The notes below the pieces were generated by a model. The model did not search any database. It had not been told where the DNA came from and saw only the letters and a list, made by a program, of their open reading frames with translations. 64,000 nt of DNA from Myxococcota bacterium (GTDB taxonomy: Bacteria; Myxococcota_A; Polyangia; Nannocystales; Nannocystaceae): the NCBI GenBank assembly GCA_039028615.1, contig JBCCHT010000022.1:32001-96000 (forward strand). The letters run 5' to 3'. The number at the start of each line of letters is the position of its first letter. Positions within the stretch are counted from its first letter, which is position 1. The position numbers and the translations under genes are program-made. Below, piece by piece: positions 41,829 through 51,564 of the stretch.

Positions 41829-43106
41829 CTACTTCGTCAGCCGTCGCTTCAGCGACGCGTTGTAGTTGTCCACGAGGTTCCACTTCGGCGACTTCTTCGT
41901 GTTGGTCACCGCGACCAACGTGAAGCCGCTGCCCGTGAAGTGCATGATGTTCGACTTCGCCCCGTACGAGGTGGAGCCATTGTGTGCGAGCACGGGCCCG
42001 TCGGCGGCCTGTTTGCGGTTCCACCACCCCACGCGCAGGTCGTTGTCGCGCGTCATCTTCGAGTACATCCCGCGCGAGATGACCGCGTTGGTCTGGGCGA
42101 ACGCGTGCACGAACTTGGCCATGTGGGCGGGCGACATCACCCAACCCCCGGCCGCGCACTTGGCCTTGTGGGGCTCCTTGTGTCCCGGCCCCGAGGCGTC
42201 CGGTTTCCGGTAGTAGCGCGCCCAGTTGTTGCCCGCGTAGTCGATGTCGTGGCAGCTCGCCGAGACCCCGAGCGGCCCGAACACGCGGTCTTGCACGTAG
42301 TCGACATACAGCTCGATGCCCTTGGCCTCCATCGCCTCGTGATAGGCCTTGCCGCGTCGCCCCTCGATCGACTTGTCGTAGTTCAGCGCCTTGGCCGGAG
42401 CCCAGAAGTAGGGCAGATACTGGAACATCGTCGACGAGCTGTTCGCGTAGCTGCGGTGCCCGGGGCCCGCCGGGCGCTCGGGCTCGGATGCCAGCCGCGT
42501 CCACATGTCCACCGACTCGCCCGTCGCCGGGTCCTTGGGGGCACTCTTTTGGAAGCCAGCCCGGTGTTGCGTGAGCATGCCGACCGTCACGTCGCGAAAG
42601 TCCTCGTGCACCGTATTGCGCCACTTCCGGGGCAAGTAGCGGCGAAACGGCAGGTTGAGCTTGGGCCCGGGCGAGGCGGCTCCGCTGGCGTGCTCGACTC
42701 GATGCAACGCGCTGACGAAGGTCGTCATCTTGCTACCACCGCTGCCCCAGAGGGTCTTGGTGGTGCGAGTGAAGCGTTTCTGGCCTTCGGGCGCGCACGG
42801 GGAGCGAGCCAGGCCGTACTCGATGCGCATGATCGTCTTGCCCTTTTCATCCTTGAGGATGACGACGTAGCCCATGTAGTCGTCACCCATCGCGGCCACG
42901 ATGCGGTCATGGAATTTCTTGGTGTCGAGCTTGGCGTTGGGGACGATGCGCGAAGAAAGATGATCCGAGGGGTCGAAGTCTTCGCAACCGGCTCGTGCGG
43001 ACTGGGGCGCGAGCCAGGCGGGGACCGCCACCAGGGCGAGAGCAGCCAACGTCGTGCCGAGACCGATGCGGCGACGAGGTCGAGACGATGAGGGGGACTT
43101 GAACAT
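41829..43106 (-). CDS. Exported serine hydrolase, beta-lactamase/class C-like fold
   Basis: Signal peptide; GSGGSK, VTVGMLTQHRAG, YAN, AAGGW, AHNGS motifs. Confidence 0.82.
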   Translation of the reverse strand: MFKSPSSSRPRRRIGLGTTLAALALVAVPAWLAPQSARAGCEDFDPSDHLSSRIVPNAKLDTKKFHDRIVAAMGDDYMGYVVILKDEKGKTIMRIEYGLARSPCAPEGQKRFTRTTKTLWGSGGSKMTTFVSALHRVEHASGAASPGPKLNLPFRRYLPRKWRNTVHEDFRDVTVGMLTQHRAGFQKSAPKDPATGESVDMWTRLASEPERPAGPGHRSYANSSSTMFQYLPYFWAPAKALNYDKSIEGRRGKAYHEAMEAKGIELYVDYVQDRVFGPLGVSASCHDIDYAGNNWARYYRKPDASGPGHKEPHKAKCAAGGWVMSPAHMAKFVHAFAQTNAVISRGMYSKMTRDNDLRVGWWNRKQAADGPVLAHNGSTSYGAKSNIMHFTGSGFTLVAVTNTKKSPKWNLVDNYNASLKRRLTK

Positions 43107-43365
43107 TGGGGGAGTTCCTCTTGGGAGGGGGACAAAGGAAGCCGTGAACCCCGACCCGATCGTCGCGTCGGAGCGGCTTCGCCCTCCTAGTGCGCACGCC
43201 TGTCTGGTTTGATTTCATTTTTTTCACGCGACCCAATCCGACCGAAATCGGTGGCTTCGGCTGGCCGGAAGTAATGGGCGTAAGGCGGCGTCACAGATCT
43301 CTACACCCCAGATTTCATTGCATAATTTCCGAACGCGGCGGTTACCTACGCGGTCCGAGGTCAAT

Positions 43366-44703
43366 ATGCCGAACGGATCCAAATCAACAATCGCGACCGC
43401 CACTCTCCTGGGCCTGACCCTCAGCGCCTGCATCGTGGATGGCGAAGGACGCCCCGCGAGCGAGTTCGATCGAGCGGGCAGCAATGAGACTTTCGAAAGG
43501 AGGGTGACGCATAGCCGAGACGACGCCGAAGAGAAGACCAACGGCAAGATGTACCTGACCAGTTCCGATCTCGAGCTGGTCGAAGACGCCATCCACGACA
43601 CCGATAGCGTCGGGGTGCGCTTCACCAATATCTCTATTCCTCGCGGCGCGAGTATCGAGCACGCTTACGTCCAGTTCACCGCCGATGAAAAACACTCGGG
43701 CTCGACCTCGTTGGTCATCCGAGCCCACGACACCAACGATGCCGGTCGGTTCACGACCGCGAAATACAACCTCTCCGGCCGCTCCCTGACCGACGCGAGC
43801 GTGAACTGGAACCCGAGCGCCTGGAACACCAAGAACGTCGCCACGCCCAACGAGCGCACGCCCGACCTCAGCGAGGTGATCCAGGAGGTCATCGACCGCC
43901 CCGGGTGGAACTCGGGCAACGACCTGGCGCTGGTCATCACCGGGTCGGGGCGACGAACCGCCGATTCCTACGACGGCTCGAGCAGCAAGGCTCCGCTCCT
44001 TCACATCGAATACAAGAACCCGGGATCGGGCGGAGGCGACGGAGGCAGCTACGAGGGCGAGATCTTCTACGAGAACGACGGAGACGTGAACGAGCACCGG
44101 TCGAATACCACCGTCAGCTCGGTCGCCGACGCGGGTGACTACGAGATCGTGGCCCTGGGAGCGAGTGACGGCGGGGGCAACAGCCTCAAGAACATCCCGC
44201 TCGACCGCGACCTCATGGAGGACCAGGACTTCGAGCTGGTGGCCGTGCGCGGCACCAAGGACAAGAAAGCCGAGATCTGGTTCCGCCGCAACGACGGCAG
44301 CAACAGCCAGCGCACCATCGAGCTGACGGGCAACGCCAACGACGTCGCGTGGAGCGTCACCACCGTCGAAGGCTCGGGCCTCGAGCTCGACATCGACGAC
44401 TTCACCACCGAAACCCACATTGGCAGCCATTCCAACGAGTCGACCGCGGTGCTCGAGACGCCCAGCGGCGACGGCTTCACCTTCGTGGTGTTCTTCTTCG
44501 ACGATTCCGTAGAGCTCGAAGACGCGGGCGAGGGCGAGATTCTGTTCAAGACCTGGGGTCACGGCGACGGCGACGGCATGGCGACCGTGCTCTACCAGGC
44601 CGACCAAGAGCCCCCGCGCGTCGGCGAGGTGGAGGTCGACGACCACGATGGTTCCTCCGGCGGCGAGCAATACGTGACCGTCGCGTTCAAGAGCAATCAC
44701 TAG
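43366..44703 (+). CDS. Lipoprotein: N-terminal DDAEE/SSDLEL beta-module plus acidic C-terminal domain
   Basis: Lipobox LSAC; about 170-aa module near-identical to the N-terminus of the next gene. Confidence 0.82.
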   Translation: MPNGSKSTIATATLLGLTLSACIVDGEGRPASEFDRAGSNETFERRVTHSRDDAEEKTNGKMYLTSSDLELVEDAIHDTDSVGVRFTNISIPRGASIEHAYVQFTADEKHSGSTSLVIRAHDTNDAGRFTTAKYNLSGRSLTDASVNWNPSAWNTKNVATPNERTPDLSEVIQEVIDRPGWNSGNDLALVITGSGRRTADSYDGSSSKAPLLHIEYKNPGSGGGDGGSYEGEIFYENDGDVNEHRSNTTVSSVADAGDYEIVALGASDGGGNSLKNIPLDRDLMEDQDFELVAVRGTKDKKAEIWFRRNDGSNSQRTIELTGNANDVAWSVTTVEGSGLELDIDDFTTETHIGSHSNESTAVLETPSGDGFTFVVFFFDDSVELEDAGEGEILFKTWGHGDGDGMATVLYQADQEPPRVGEVEVDDHDGSSGGEQYVTVAFKSNH

Positions 44704-44717
44704 CGAAGCGCCAGCCC

Positions 44718-44765
44718 GCCGTCTCGTGCCCGTGCCCGGTGACGGGCACGAGGCGGCGATTTTTC
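44718..44765 (+). terminator. Intrinsic terminator
   Basis: CTCGTGCCCGT ... ACGGGCACGAG stem followed by a T-run. Confidence 0.7.
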
Positions 44766-44802
44766 ATTCCCTATCGAATTCCCCACAACGACGAGAACGA
44801 CG

Positions 44803-47649
44803 ATGTTCCACGAACTCAAGCGACCGACGATCGCCCTGTCCATGCTGGCGCTGACGATCAGTGCCTGCCTCGGAGACGACGAAGGCCGTCCCACCGACGA
44901 GTCCGAGCGAGCCGATGGCGACCTCACCATCCTCGAGAAACGAATCGCCCATAGCCGGGACGACGCCGAGGAAAAACCGAGCGGGACGGTCTACCTGACC
45001 AGCTCCGATCTCGAGCTGGCCGAAGACGGAGTGCACGACACGGAGCTGGTGGGCCTGCGCTTCACCAACGTGGAAATCCCGGAGGGAGCCACGGTGGAGC
45101 ATGCCTACGTCCAGTTCACGGCCGACGAGAAGCACTCGGGTGCCACGTCCCTCGTCATCCACGCGCAGGCGGCCGACGACGCGCGGCGGTTCCGTTCGAG
45201 GAAGCGCAACATCTCGAACCGAGCCTTGACCGAGGCCTCCGTCGAGTGGAACCCGGCGGCGTGGAACACCAAGAACGTAGCCACGGACAACGAGCGCACG
45301 CCCGACATCAGCGGACTGCTCCAGGAGCTCGTCGATCGCCCCGGGTGGAACGAGGGCAACGACATCGCCCTGATCATCTCGGGCTCGGGCACACGGACGG
45401 CCGACTCCTACGATGGCTCGAGCAGCACGGCGCCGCTGCTGCACGTCGAGTACACCACGGGCACCGACGACGAACCGGAGCCCGACGATCCCGACACCGA
45501 CGATACAGACCCGTCGTTCGAGCTTCCCATCGAGGTCCTCGGCGCTCCGGGGACCACCGCCTCCCGTAGCTTCACCCTCGACGGGGCCGCGGCATCGCAG
45601 GCGTCCGAGCTGTACCTCCAGATCAACAACCTCTCGTACGAGAACAAGGCGCGAGTCCGCATCAACGGCGGCTCATGGACATCGCTCGACCATGACGCCG
45701 TCTCGATGTTCGCCCCCGAGGCTGCGCGTGGAGGCATGACCCACGGCGGCTACAGCACGATCCGCATGACGATGCCCGTGCCCGGCAGTCTCCAGTCGGG
45801 CGAAAACACGGTCGAATTCGAGTTCACGGAGTCCGACGGCATCTCGATGGGATACCGCGTCATCGACTTCAACCTGCTCGACGAAGGCGGTGAGCCCCTG
45901 ATCGAGGACGCTGCGTTCGGCCACGAGGACCCGGAGCAATGGAGCGCGCCCCGGCCAGACGCCGACGATATCGAGGCGGGGGGCGAGCTATGGCGCGAGC
46001 GCAACCGACTGGTCAGCAACTATCTGGACGAGGACGGGTTCTGGTACGACAACTCGATCCCCGCGGGCCGCGACATCAAGGCCTCGTGCGCCGACTGTCA
46101 TACCGAAGACGGCCGCGACCTCGAGCTCTTCGCGTATTCGAACCACTCGATCATCGAACGCGCCAAGTTCCACGGGCTGTCTACGACCGAAGGCGAGCAG
46201 ATCGCATCCTATATTCGCTCGCTGTCGGCCGATCCGGAGATTGGCCGCTATGGCCGTCCCTGGGACCCACCCTTCCAGCCCGGCCCCTCCATCGCCACCC
46301 GCCCCGTGCACGAGTGGCCGGCAGGCGCAGGCCTGGACGCCGTGCTCGAGCACGACGCGGACATGCTGGACACCATGCTGCCCAACCCGTCCGATATCTC
46401 GCAGGCCGACGTCGATGCCTATTTCGACCACACCCAGATGGTGAACCCCGTGGTCCAGCCCCTGGCCATTCAGTTCCCCGACTGGAAGCGATGGCTCCCG
46501 CTGGTCCACCCGATGGATGCGTTCGCGCGCGAGGGCTACTGGGAGGACGGCAGCATCCAGTACAGCCCCAAGCGCGAGTACGAGCGCATCCGCGCCGACC
46601 TGCTCGCGGGCGGCTACGACGACAAGAAGGACACCATCGACGAGTTCCGGGATCTGAGCCACAGCTTCCGCCAATTCCTGGCCCAAGGCGGCTCGAGCAA
46701 CGACCACTGGCGCACGGATGACGGCGATGCCTTCACCGAGGGCCTCGTCGGCGGCATCTCGAAGGAGCTGGCCGCCACCAGCCTCGGCCGCCTCCAGGCG
46801 GTCAAGTTCTTCGAGTTCCACACCGAGTTCTCGCTCATGGGCATGACCGACGACGAGCCCGGATCACGCGAGCGACAGTTCATCGGGCGTTCGCACCAGG
46901 TCTTCAACGTGCCGCCCCACTTCACGGGCTGCTACGACGGGGCGAGCTGCGACAACTTCGACGGGCAGTCGGAGGCCACGGGCGAGTACGAGTCCACCAC
47001 CTGGTATCAGATGGCGCAGGTCCTCAACCCGGGCAACGAGGTCACCGACTTCCTCGGCACCGTCGACTACAACTATCAGCCGATGTTCATCATGAAGGCG
47101 AGCGCGTCCTCCGGGGTCTGCGAGCCGGTGCGCTACTACTACTCGCAGCTCATCCACTTCCAGACCCGCGCCCGCACCGACGCCCGCCCGCAAGACAAGG
47201 ACGGCTTCTATATCCGTCAGAAGGGTCCGTGGCAGCTGCTCGGTCGGGACAACCGCAATCGCACCCTGGGGCTCGGCGCGCTCGGGATCCCCGGGTGCCT
47301 CGACGACATCCAGCCCGGCCTGGGCTCGATGGTGGTGGAAGCTCAGCTTCGCAACTTCATGGACGTCATGAACGAGGACCACAACGACCTCGACGACTGG
47401 CCGCGGCGCTCCAGTGCCAGCAGCGGCAACTCCCGCTACCTCGAGACCGAGAACATCTCGCAGTCGGCGATGCCCGACACCGACGGCAGCTTCTCGGGCC
47501 CGCTGCTCCACTACGTCCACAAGATCTACGCGACGATGAACGAGTTCATCGAGCTCGGCGTCGACTGCCCGACCTTCGAGGCCTATCGCGACTGGGCGTC
47601 CGAGGCCTGGCCCAACGTCGACTGGGAGCAGTTCGAGTGCGCGTCCTGA
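44803..47649 (+). CDS. Large lipoprotein: same N-terminal module, beta-sandwich domain and a single CxxCH (c-type heme) domain
   Basis: Lipobox ISAC; ASCADCHTEDGRDL; IASYIRSL resembles a cytochrome c C-terminal helix. Confidence 0.82.
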   Translation: MFHELKRPTIALSMLALTISACLGDDEGRPTDESERADGDLTILEKRIAHSRDDAEEKPSGTVYLTSSDLELAEDGVHDTELVGLRFTNVEIPEGATVEHAYVQFTADEKHSGATSLVIHAQAADDARRFRSRKRNISNRALTEASVEWNPAAWNTKNVATDNERTPDISGLLQELVDRPGWNEGNDIALIISGSGTRTADSYDGSSSTAPLLHVEYTTGTDDEPEPDDPDTDDTDPSFELPIEVLGAPGTTASRSFTLDGAAASQASELYLQINNLSYENKARVRINGGSWTSLDHDAVSMFAPEAARGGMTHGGYSTIRMTMPVPGSLQSGENTVEFEFTESDGISMGYRVIDFNLLDEGGEPLIEDAAFGHEDPEQWSAPRPDADDIEAGGELWRERNRLVSNYLDEDGFWYDNSIPAGRDIKASCADCHTEDGRDLELFAYSNHSIIERAKFHGLSTTEGEQIASYIRSLSADPEIGRYGRPWDPPFQPGPSIATRPVHEWPAGAGLDAVLEHDADMLDTMLPNPSDISQADVDAYFDHTQMVNPVVQPLAIQFPDWKRWLPLVHPMDAFAREGYWEDGSIQYSPKREYERIRADLLAGGYDDKKDTIDEFRDLSHSFRQFLAQGGSSNDHWRTDDGDAFTEGLVGGISKELAATSLGRLQAVKFFEFHTEFSLMGMTDDEPGSRERQFIGRSHQVFNVPPHFTGCYDGASCDNFDGQSEATGEYESTTWYQMAQVLNPGNEVTDFLGTVDYNYQPMFIMKASASSGVCEPVRYYYSQLIHFQTRARTDARPQDKDGFYIRQKGPWQLLGRDNRNRTLGLGALGIPGCLDDIQPGLGSMVVEAQLRNFMDVMNEDHNDLDDWPRRSSASSGNSRYLETENISQSAMPDTDGSFSGPLLHYVHKIYATMNEFIELGVDCPTFEAYRDWASEAWPNVDWEQFECAS

Positions 47650-47714
47650 GCTGAGCCTCAGCCGCGCCCGACGGCGCGGGTCGAGCCTCCCGGCTCGGCC
47701 TGCGCCCCACGCAC

Positions 47715-47750
47715 GAAACCCCGCCTTCCGGTACGAAAGACGGGGTTTTC
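47715..47750. terminator. Bidirectional intrinsic terminator between the lipoprotein gene and the tRNA pair
   Basis: GAAACCCCG ... CGGGGTTTTC stem with A/T runs on both sides. Confidence 0.75.
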
Positions 47751-47752
47751 TG

Positions 47753-47825
47753 TGAGCCCGGTAGGACTCGAACCTACGGCCCGCGGATTAAAAGTCCGCT
47801 GCTCTACCAACTGAGCTACGAGCCC
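47753..47825 (-). tRNA. tRNA-Lys (anticodon TTT)
   Basis: Minus strand GGGCTCGTAGCTCAGTTGGTAGAGCAGCGGACTTTTAATCCGCGGGCCGTAGGTTCGAGTCCTACCGGGCTCA folds as a cloverleaf; CCA not encoded. Confidence 0.97.
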
Positions 47826-47865
47826 CGATTCCACCGAGGTGAAATCAAAGTGCTTGCCCGGTCGG

Positions 47866-47939
47866 CGACCCCAACGGGATTCGAACCCGTGTTACCGGCT
47901 TGAAAGGCCAGCGTCCTAGGCCGACTGGACGATGGGGTC
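47866..47939 (-). tRNA. tRNA-Glu (anticodon TTC)
   Basis: Minus strand GACCCCATCGTCCAGTCGGCCTAGGACGCTGGCCTTTCAAGCCGGTAACACGGGTTCGAATCCCGTTGGGGTCG folds as a cloverleaf; CCA not encoded. Confidence 0.97.
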
Positions 47940-47964
47940 AAAGGAGACCGGGCAAGCGGGGCGT

Positions 47965-47993
47965 TTATTAGCCGAAGGTTGGGGCCCGCGCAA
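47965..47993 (-). promoter_or_regulatory. Possible sigma70 promoter of the tRNA pair
   Basis: Minus strand TTGCGC-N17-TAATAA upstream of tRNA-Glu; the -10 match is imperfect. Confidence 0.4.
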
Positions 47994-48071
47994 GGCGAAT
48001 TGCGCGCGATGTGGGGACCCCCCCGGATCCGGTTTGCGAGCCCGTGGGCGGCGATGTACACGGCATTGGCC

Positions 48072-49091
48072 ATGCACGCGGTCTTCATCACGAAACACGG
48101 CGGACCCGAGGTCCTGGAGGTCCGCGAAGCCCCTACCCCGGAGCCCGGACCCGGCGAAGTCCGCGTGGCCGTGACCCTGGCCGGGCTGAACTTCGCGGAG
48201 CTCAGCGCCCGGCAAGGCCTGTACCCCGATGCCCCCAAACCCCCGTGCGTGGTGGGCTATGAGGGCAGTGGCGTGGTCGAGGCCGTGGGCGAGGGCGTGC
48301 AAGCCCTCAAACGAGGCGATCGCGTCACCTACATGAGCCGCTTCGGCGGGCACGCGAGCCACGTGGTCGTGCCCGAGAGCCAGGCCCTGGCCATGCCCGA
48401 CTCGATGAGCTTCGAGGACGGCGCGGCGATGCCCGTCAACTACCTCACCGCGCACCACATGCTGTTCGAGATCGCCCGGGTCCGACCGGGCGACCACGTG
48501 TTGATCCACATGGCGGCCGGCGGCGTGGGCACGGCGGCGCTGCAGCTGTGCCAGACGGTCGAGGGCATCACGACCTACGGCACCGCCTCCGCCCCCAAGC
48601 ACGACTACGTGCGCACGCACGGCTGCGACCACCCCATCGACTACCGCTCCAAGGACTACAAGGAAGAAATCCTGAAGCTCACCGATGGGCGCGGCGTGGA
48701 CCTCGTGCTCGATGCTCTGGGCGGCCCCGATTTCCGCAAGGGCTACGAGCTGCTGGCCGCCGCGGGCACGCTCATCATGTTCGGCATCGCGAACACCAAC
48801 AAGGGTGGCAAGCGCAACCTGCTGCACGTCATCGGGCAGCTGCTTCGGATGCCGCGCTTTTCTCCCATCAAGCTCATGAACGACAACCGGACGGTCTCCG
48901 GCTGCAACATGGGTCACCTGTGGGACGAGCAGGTGCTGCTGCGAGGCCAGCTCGAGTCGCTGCTTCGCTTCTACGAGCAGGGCAAGATCAAGCCGCACGT
49001 GCATGCGATTCACTCGTTCGAGAACGCGGCCGAGGCCTTCGGCGACATCGAGTACGGGCGCAACTTGGGCAAGGTCTTATTGCGCCCGTAG
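48072..49091 (+). CDS. MDR-family NADPH:quinone oxidoreductase-like (VAT-1-like) protein
   Basis: HGGPEVL, GLNFAE, VVGYEGSG, PVNYLTA, HMAAGGVG, GKVLL motifs; ATG at 48072. Confidence 0.92.
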   Translation: MHAVFITKHGGPEVLEVREAPTPEPGPGEVRVAVTLAGLNFAELSARQGLYPDAPKPPCVVGYEGSGVVEAVGEGVQALKRGDRVTYMSRFGGHASHVVVPESQALAMPDSMSFEDGAAMPVNYLTAHHMLFEIARVRPGDHVLIHMAAGGVGTAALQLCQTVEGITTYGTASAPKHDYVRTHGCDHPIDYRSKDYKEEILKLTDGRGVDLVLDALGGPDFRKGYELLAAAGTLIMFGIANTNKGGKRNLLHVIGQLLRMPRFSPIKLMNDNRTVSGCNMGHLWDEQVLLRGQLESLLRFYEQGKIKPHVHAIHSFENAAEAFGDIEYGRNLGKVLLRP

Positions 49092-49207
49092 TCGCGCCCG
49101 ATGACGGCGCGGGTCGACAAATCCGCATTCGAACATCCGAACTTCGTACATCGGCCCGCGAGGAAACCCGCCTCGCGAGCCGGGTGTCGTAGGCAATTGC
49201 GGAGAGG

Positions 49208-51553
49208 ATGCGGATGAAACGACGACGAAGGTTCCCACGGGTGGCGCTGGCCATGCTTGCAACCCTGGCCATGGGTCCGGCCTGCCACGCGCCGGCCTCG
49301 ACCACGGCGGCCCCCACCACCCCGGCCGAGGCTTCGGCCCCGCAGACACCGTTCTCCGGCCTCAACTTGGGCTTCGAGGCCGCGGACACGGCCGAAGGCT
49401 GGGAGGTTGCGACGTCCGACTATGCGATTTCCATCACCGATGCCCATGCGGCCGAAGGCCAGCGCAGCCTCGAGCTGGTGCACGACGGTGAGCACGAGCG
49501 GGGCACGGCCACGCTGCAGCTGCCCATCGAAACCGTCGCCGCCAAGAAACTTCGGGCGACCGTCAAGGTACGCACCGAAGGCGTCGATCGGGGCGGCGTC
49601 GCCCTGCGCCTGACCGCCGCTCGTGGCGACGACGACCTGGGCCGTCGCGAGACGCCCATGCACCAGCGGGTCGGCGGCGACCGAGATTGGACCGAGCTGT
49701 CGCTCGAGCTGGCCGTGCCCGCCGACGCCGAGGACGTCACGCTCAAGCTCCTCCACCTGGGCTCGGGCACTGCGTGGTTCGACGACGTGCAGCTGTCGCT
49801 CAGCGAGCTCGACCCCGCGCCCGCCCCCACGCGCGTGCAAGGCCGAGTGCTCGGCGAATCCGGCAAGCCCGCGTCGGAGGCCTTCGTGGTGCTCATCTCT
49901 CGCAGCGGGCACCAAGTCACCGCCCGAACCGACGCCCAGGGCAGCTTCGACGTGGAGCTCCTGCCCGGCACCTATGCGATCGGGGCCAGCGATGCCCACG
50001 GGGTCGGCAACGCGGGCCTCGTGCTCGAGGCCGGCGCATCGCAGCCGCTCGAGCTCACGCTGGCCCCGGGCTCGCAACCCATCGGAGGCATCGTGCGAGA
50101 CCAAGACGGGCGCCCCTTCGAGGGCGCGCTGGCCATCGTCGCCACCGAGGACGAGCGCATGTTCCCCGTGCTCACCGACGACGACGGCCGCTGGTCCATC
50201 GACGTGCCCGCGGCGGGTCGCTACATGGCCGCCATCACCACCATCGATGGCGGTCAGCGCATGATCGAGATGATCGACGACACCTCGGTCGCCATCGAGA
50301 CCACCCTGCCCCGCGACGTCGTCGCGCCCCAAGCCGCGCTCGACTGGATCGGCGAGCATGCGGTTCCACTGCGCACCGTCGAGGCCGGCCAGGGCCTCGA
50401 CGACATGACGGGGCTCGACTCCATGGTCGGCTCCGCCACCGTCGTCGGCCTCGGCGAGACCACCCACGGCACCCGCGAGTTCTTCCAGATGAAGCACCGC
50501 ATGCTCGAGTACCTCGTGGAGCGTCACGGCTTCCGGGTGTTCGCCATCGAGGCCAACCGCACCGAGTGCCGGGCCATCGACCACTACATCCAGACCGGCG
50601 AGGGTGACCCCAAAGACGCGCTCGACGGCATCTACTTCTGGACCTGGAACACGCACGAGGTGCTCGAGCTCATCGAGTGGATGCGGGCCTACAATCAATC
50701 GCACGACGATCCGATCCACTTCGTCGGCTTCGATGCCCAGGTGCCCGACGTCGCGGCGCGCAATGTCGAGGCGTTCCTGGCCCAGGTCGCCCCCGATGCC
50801 CCCGAACGCGAAGCCGTGGCGCTGTTCGGGCGCCCGTGGAACGCCGAGGCCTTCGCCGAGCTGTCCGAAGAAGACCGCAAGACCACCATCGAGGCGCTCA
50901 TCGAGCTGGACAAACGCTTCGAGGACCACAAGTCCGCGTGGATCGCCGAGGCCTCGGCACTCGCGTTCACCAATGCCCGCGAAGACCTCGACGTCGTCCG
51001 CCACGTGGTGGGCATCCGCACCGCGCAGGGCATGGAGCAGTTCTCCGCCCGCGACTGGGCCATGGCCGACAACGTGCTGGCCATCGAGCGTCGCTACGGC
51101 AAGGGCACCAAGACCGTGCTGTGGGCGCACAACGGGCACATCGCGCGCTCGTGGAACCAAGCCGAGGTCATGGGTCAGTACTTGGGCCGGGCGCTGGGCG
51201 ACGACTACGTCTCGGTCGGCTTCGCCTTCGACCGCGGGGGTTTCCAGGCCATCGCCATGGAGGGCAACGAGTTCGGCGGCCTGCGCGAGCATGTCGTGGG
51301 GCCGGCGAAGCAGGGCGACTTCGAGGCCGCGCTGCGCGAAGGAGGCCCCGAGCTGTTTGCGCTGTCGCTGCGCGAGCTGCCGAAGTCGGGCGACGCCGCC
51401 ACCTTCCTTCGCTCCCCCATGGCCATGCGCCAGATCGGGGCCGGGTTCGACACCGACGACATCAGCGCGCGGGTCATCGCCTCCGTGCCCGAGCGCTTCG
51501 ATGTGATGCTCTTCGTCGAAGAGACGACCCGGGCTCGCCCCGTGCGTCGCTGA
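49208..51553 (+). CDS. Erythromycin-esterase-family protein with N-terminal carbohydrate-binding-like and carboxypeptidase-regulatory-like domains
   Basis: VGLGETTHGTREFF, FAIEA, FWTWNT.EV, GFD.Q, RDWAMADN, LWAHNGH, FDVMLFV; signal/lipobox GPAC. Confidence 0.88.
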   Translation: MRMKRRRRFPRVALAMLATLAMGPACHAPASTTAAPTTPAEASAPQTPFSGLNLGFEAADTAEGWEVATSDYAISITDAHAAEGQRSLELVHDGEHERGTATLQLPIETVAAKKLRATVKVRTEGVDRGGVALRLTAARGDDDLGRRETPMHQRVGGDRDWTELSLELAVPADAEDVTLKLLHLGSGTAWFDDVQLSLSELDPAPAPTRVQGRVLGESGKPASEAFVVLISRSGHQVTARTDAQGSFDVELLPGTYAIGASDAHGVGNAGLVLEAGASQPLELTLAPGSQPIGGIVRDQDGRPFEGALAIVATEDERMFPVLTDDDGRWSIDVPAAGRYMAAITTIDGGQRMIEMIDDTSVAIETTLPRDVVAPQAALDWIGEHAVPLRTVEAGQGLDDMTGLDSMVGSATVVGLGETTHGTREFFQMKHRMLEYLVERHGFRVFAIEANRTECRAIDHYIQTGEGDPKDALDGIYFWTWNTHEVLELIEWMRAYNQSHDDPIHFVGFDAQVPDVAARNVEAFLAQVAPDAPEREAVALFGRPWNAEAFAELSEEDRKTTIEALIELDKRFEDHKSAWIAEASALAFTNAREDLDVVRHVVGIRTAQGMEQFSARDWAMADNVLAIERRYGKGTKTVLWAHNGHIARSWNQAEVMGQYLGRALGDDYVSVGFAFDRGGFQAIAMEGNEFGGLREHVVGPAKQGDFEAALREGGPELFALSLRELPKSGDAATFLRSPMAMRQIGAGFDTDDISARVIASVPERFDVMLFVEETTRARPVRR

Positions 51554-51564
51554 GCGGATGGGTG

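Noticed and set aside
47650..47939. Genomic island integrated at the tRNA pair
   Set aside because: No integrase and no duplicated tRNA 3' end were seen; a normal terminator follows tRNA-Lys.
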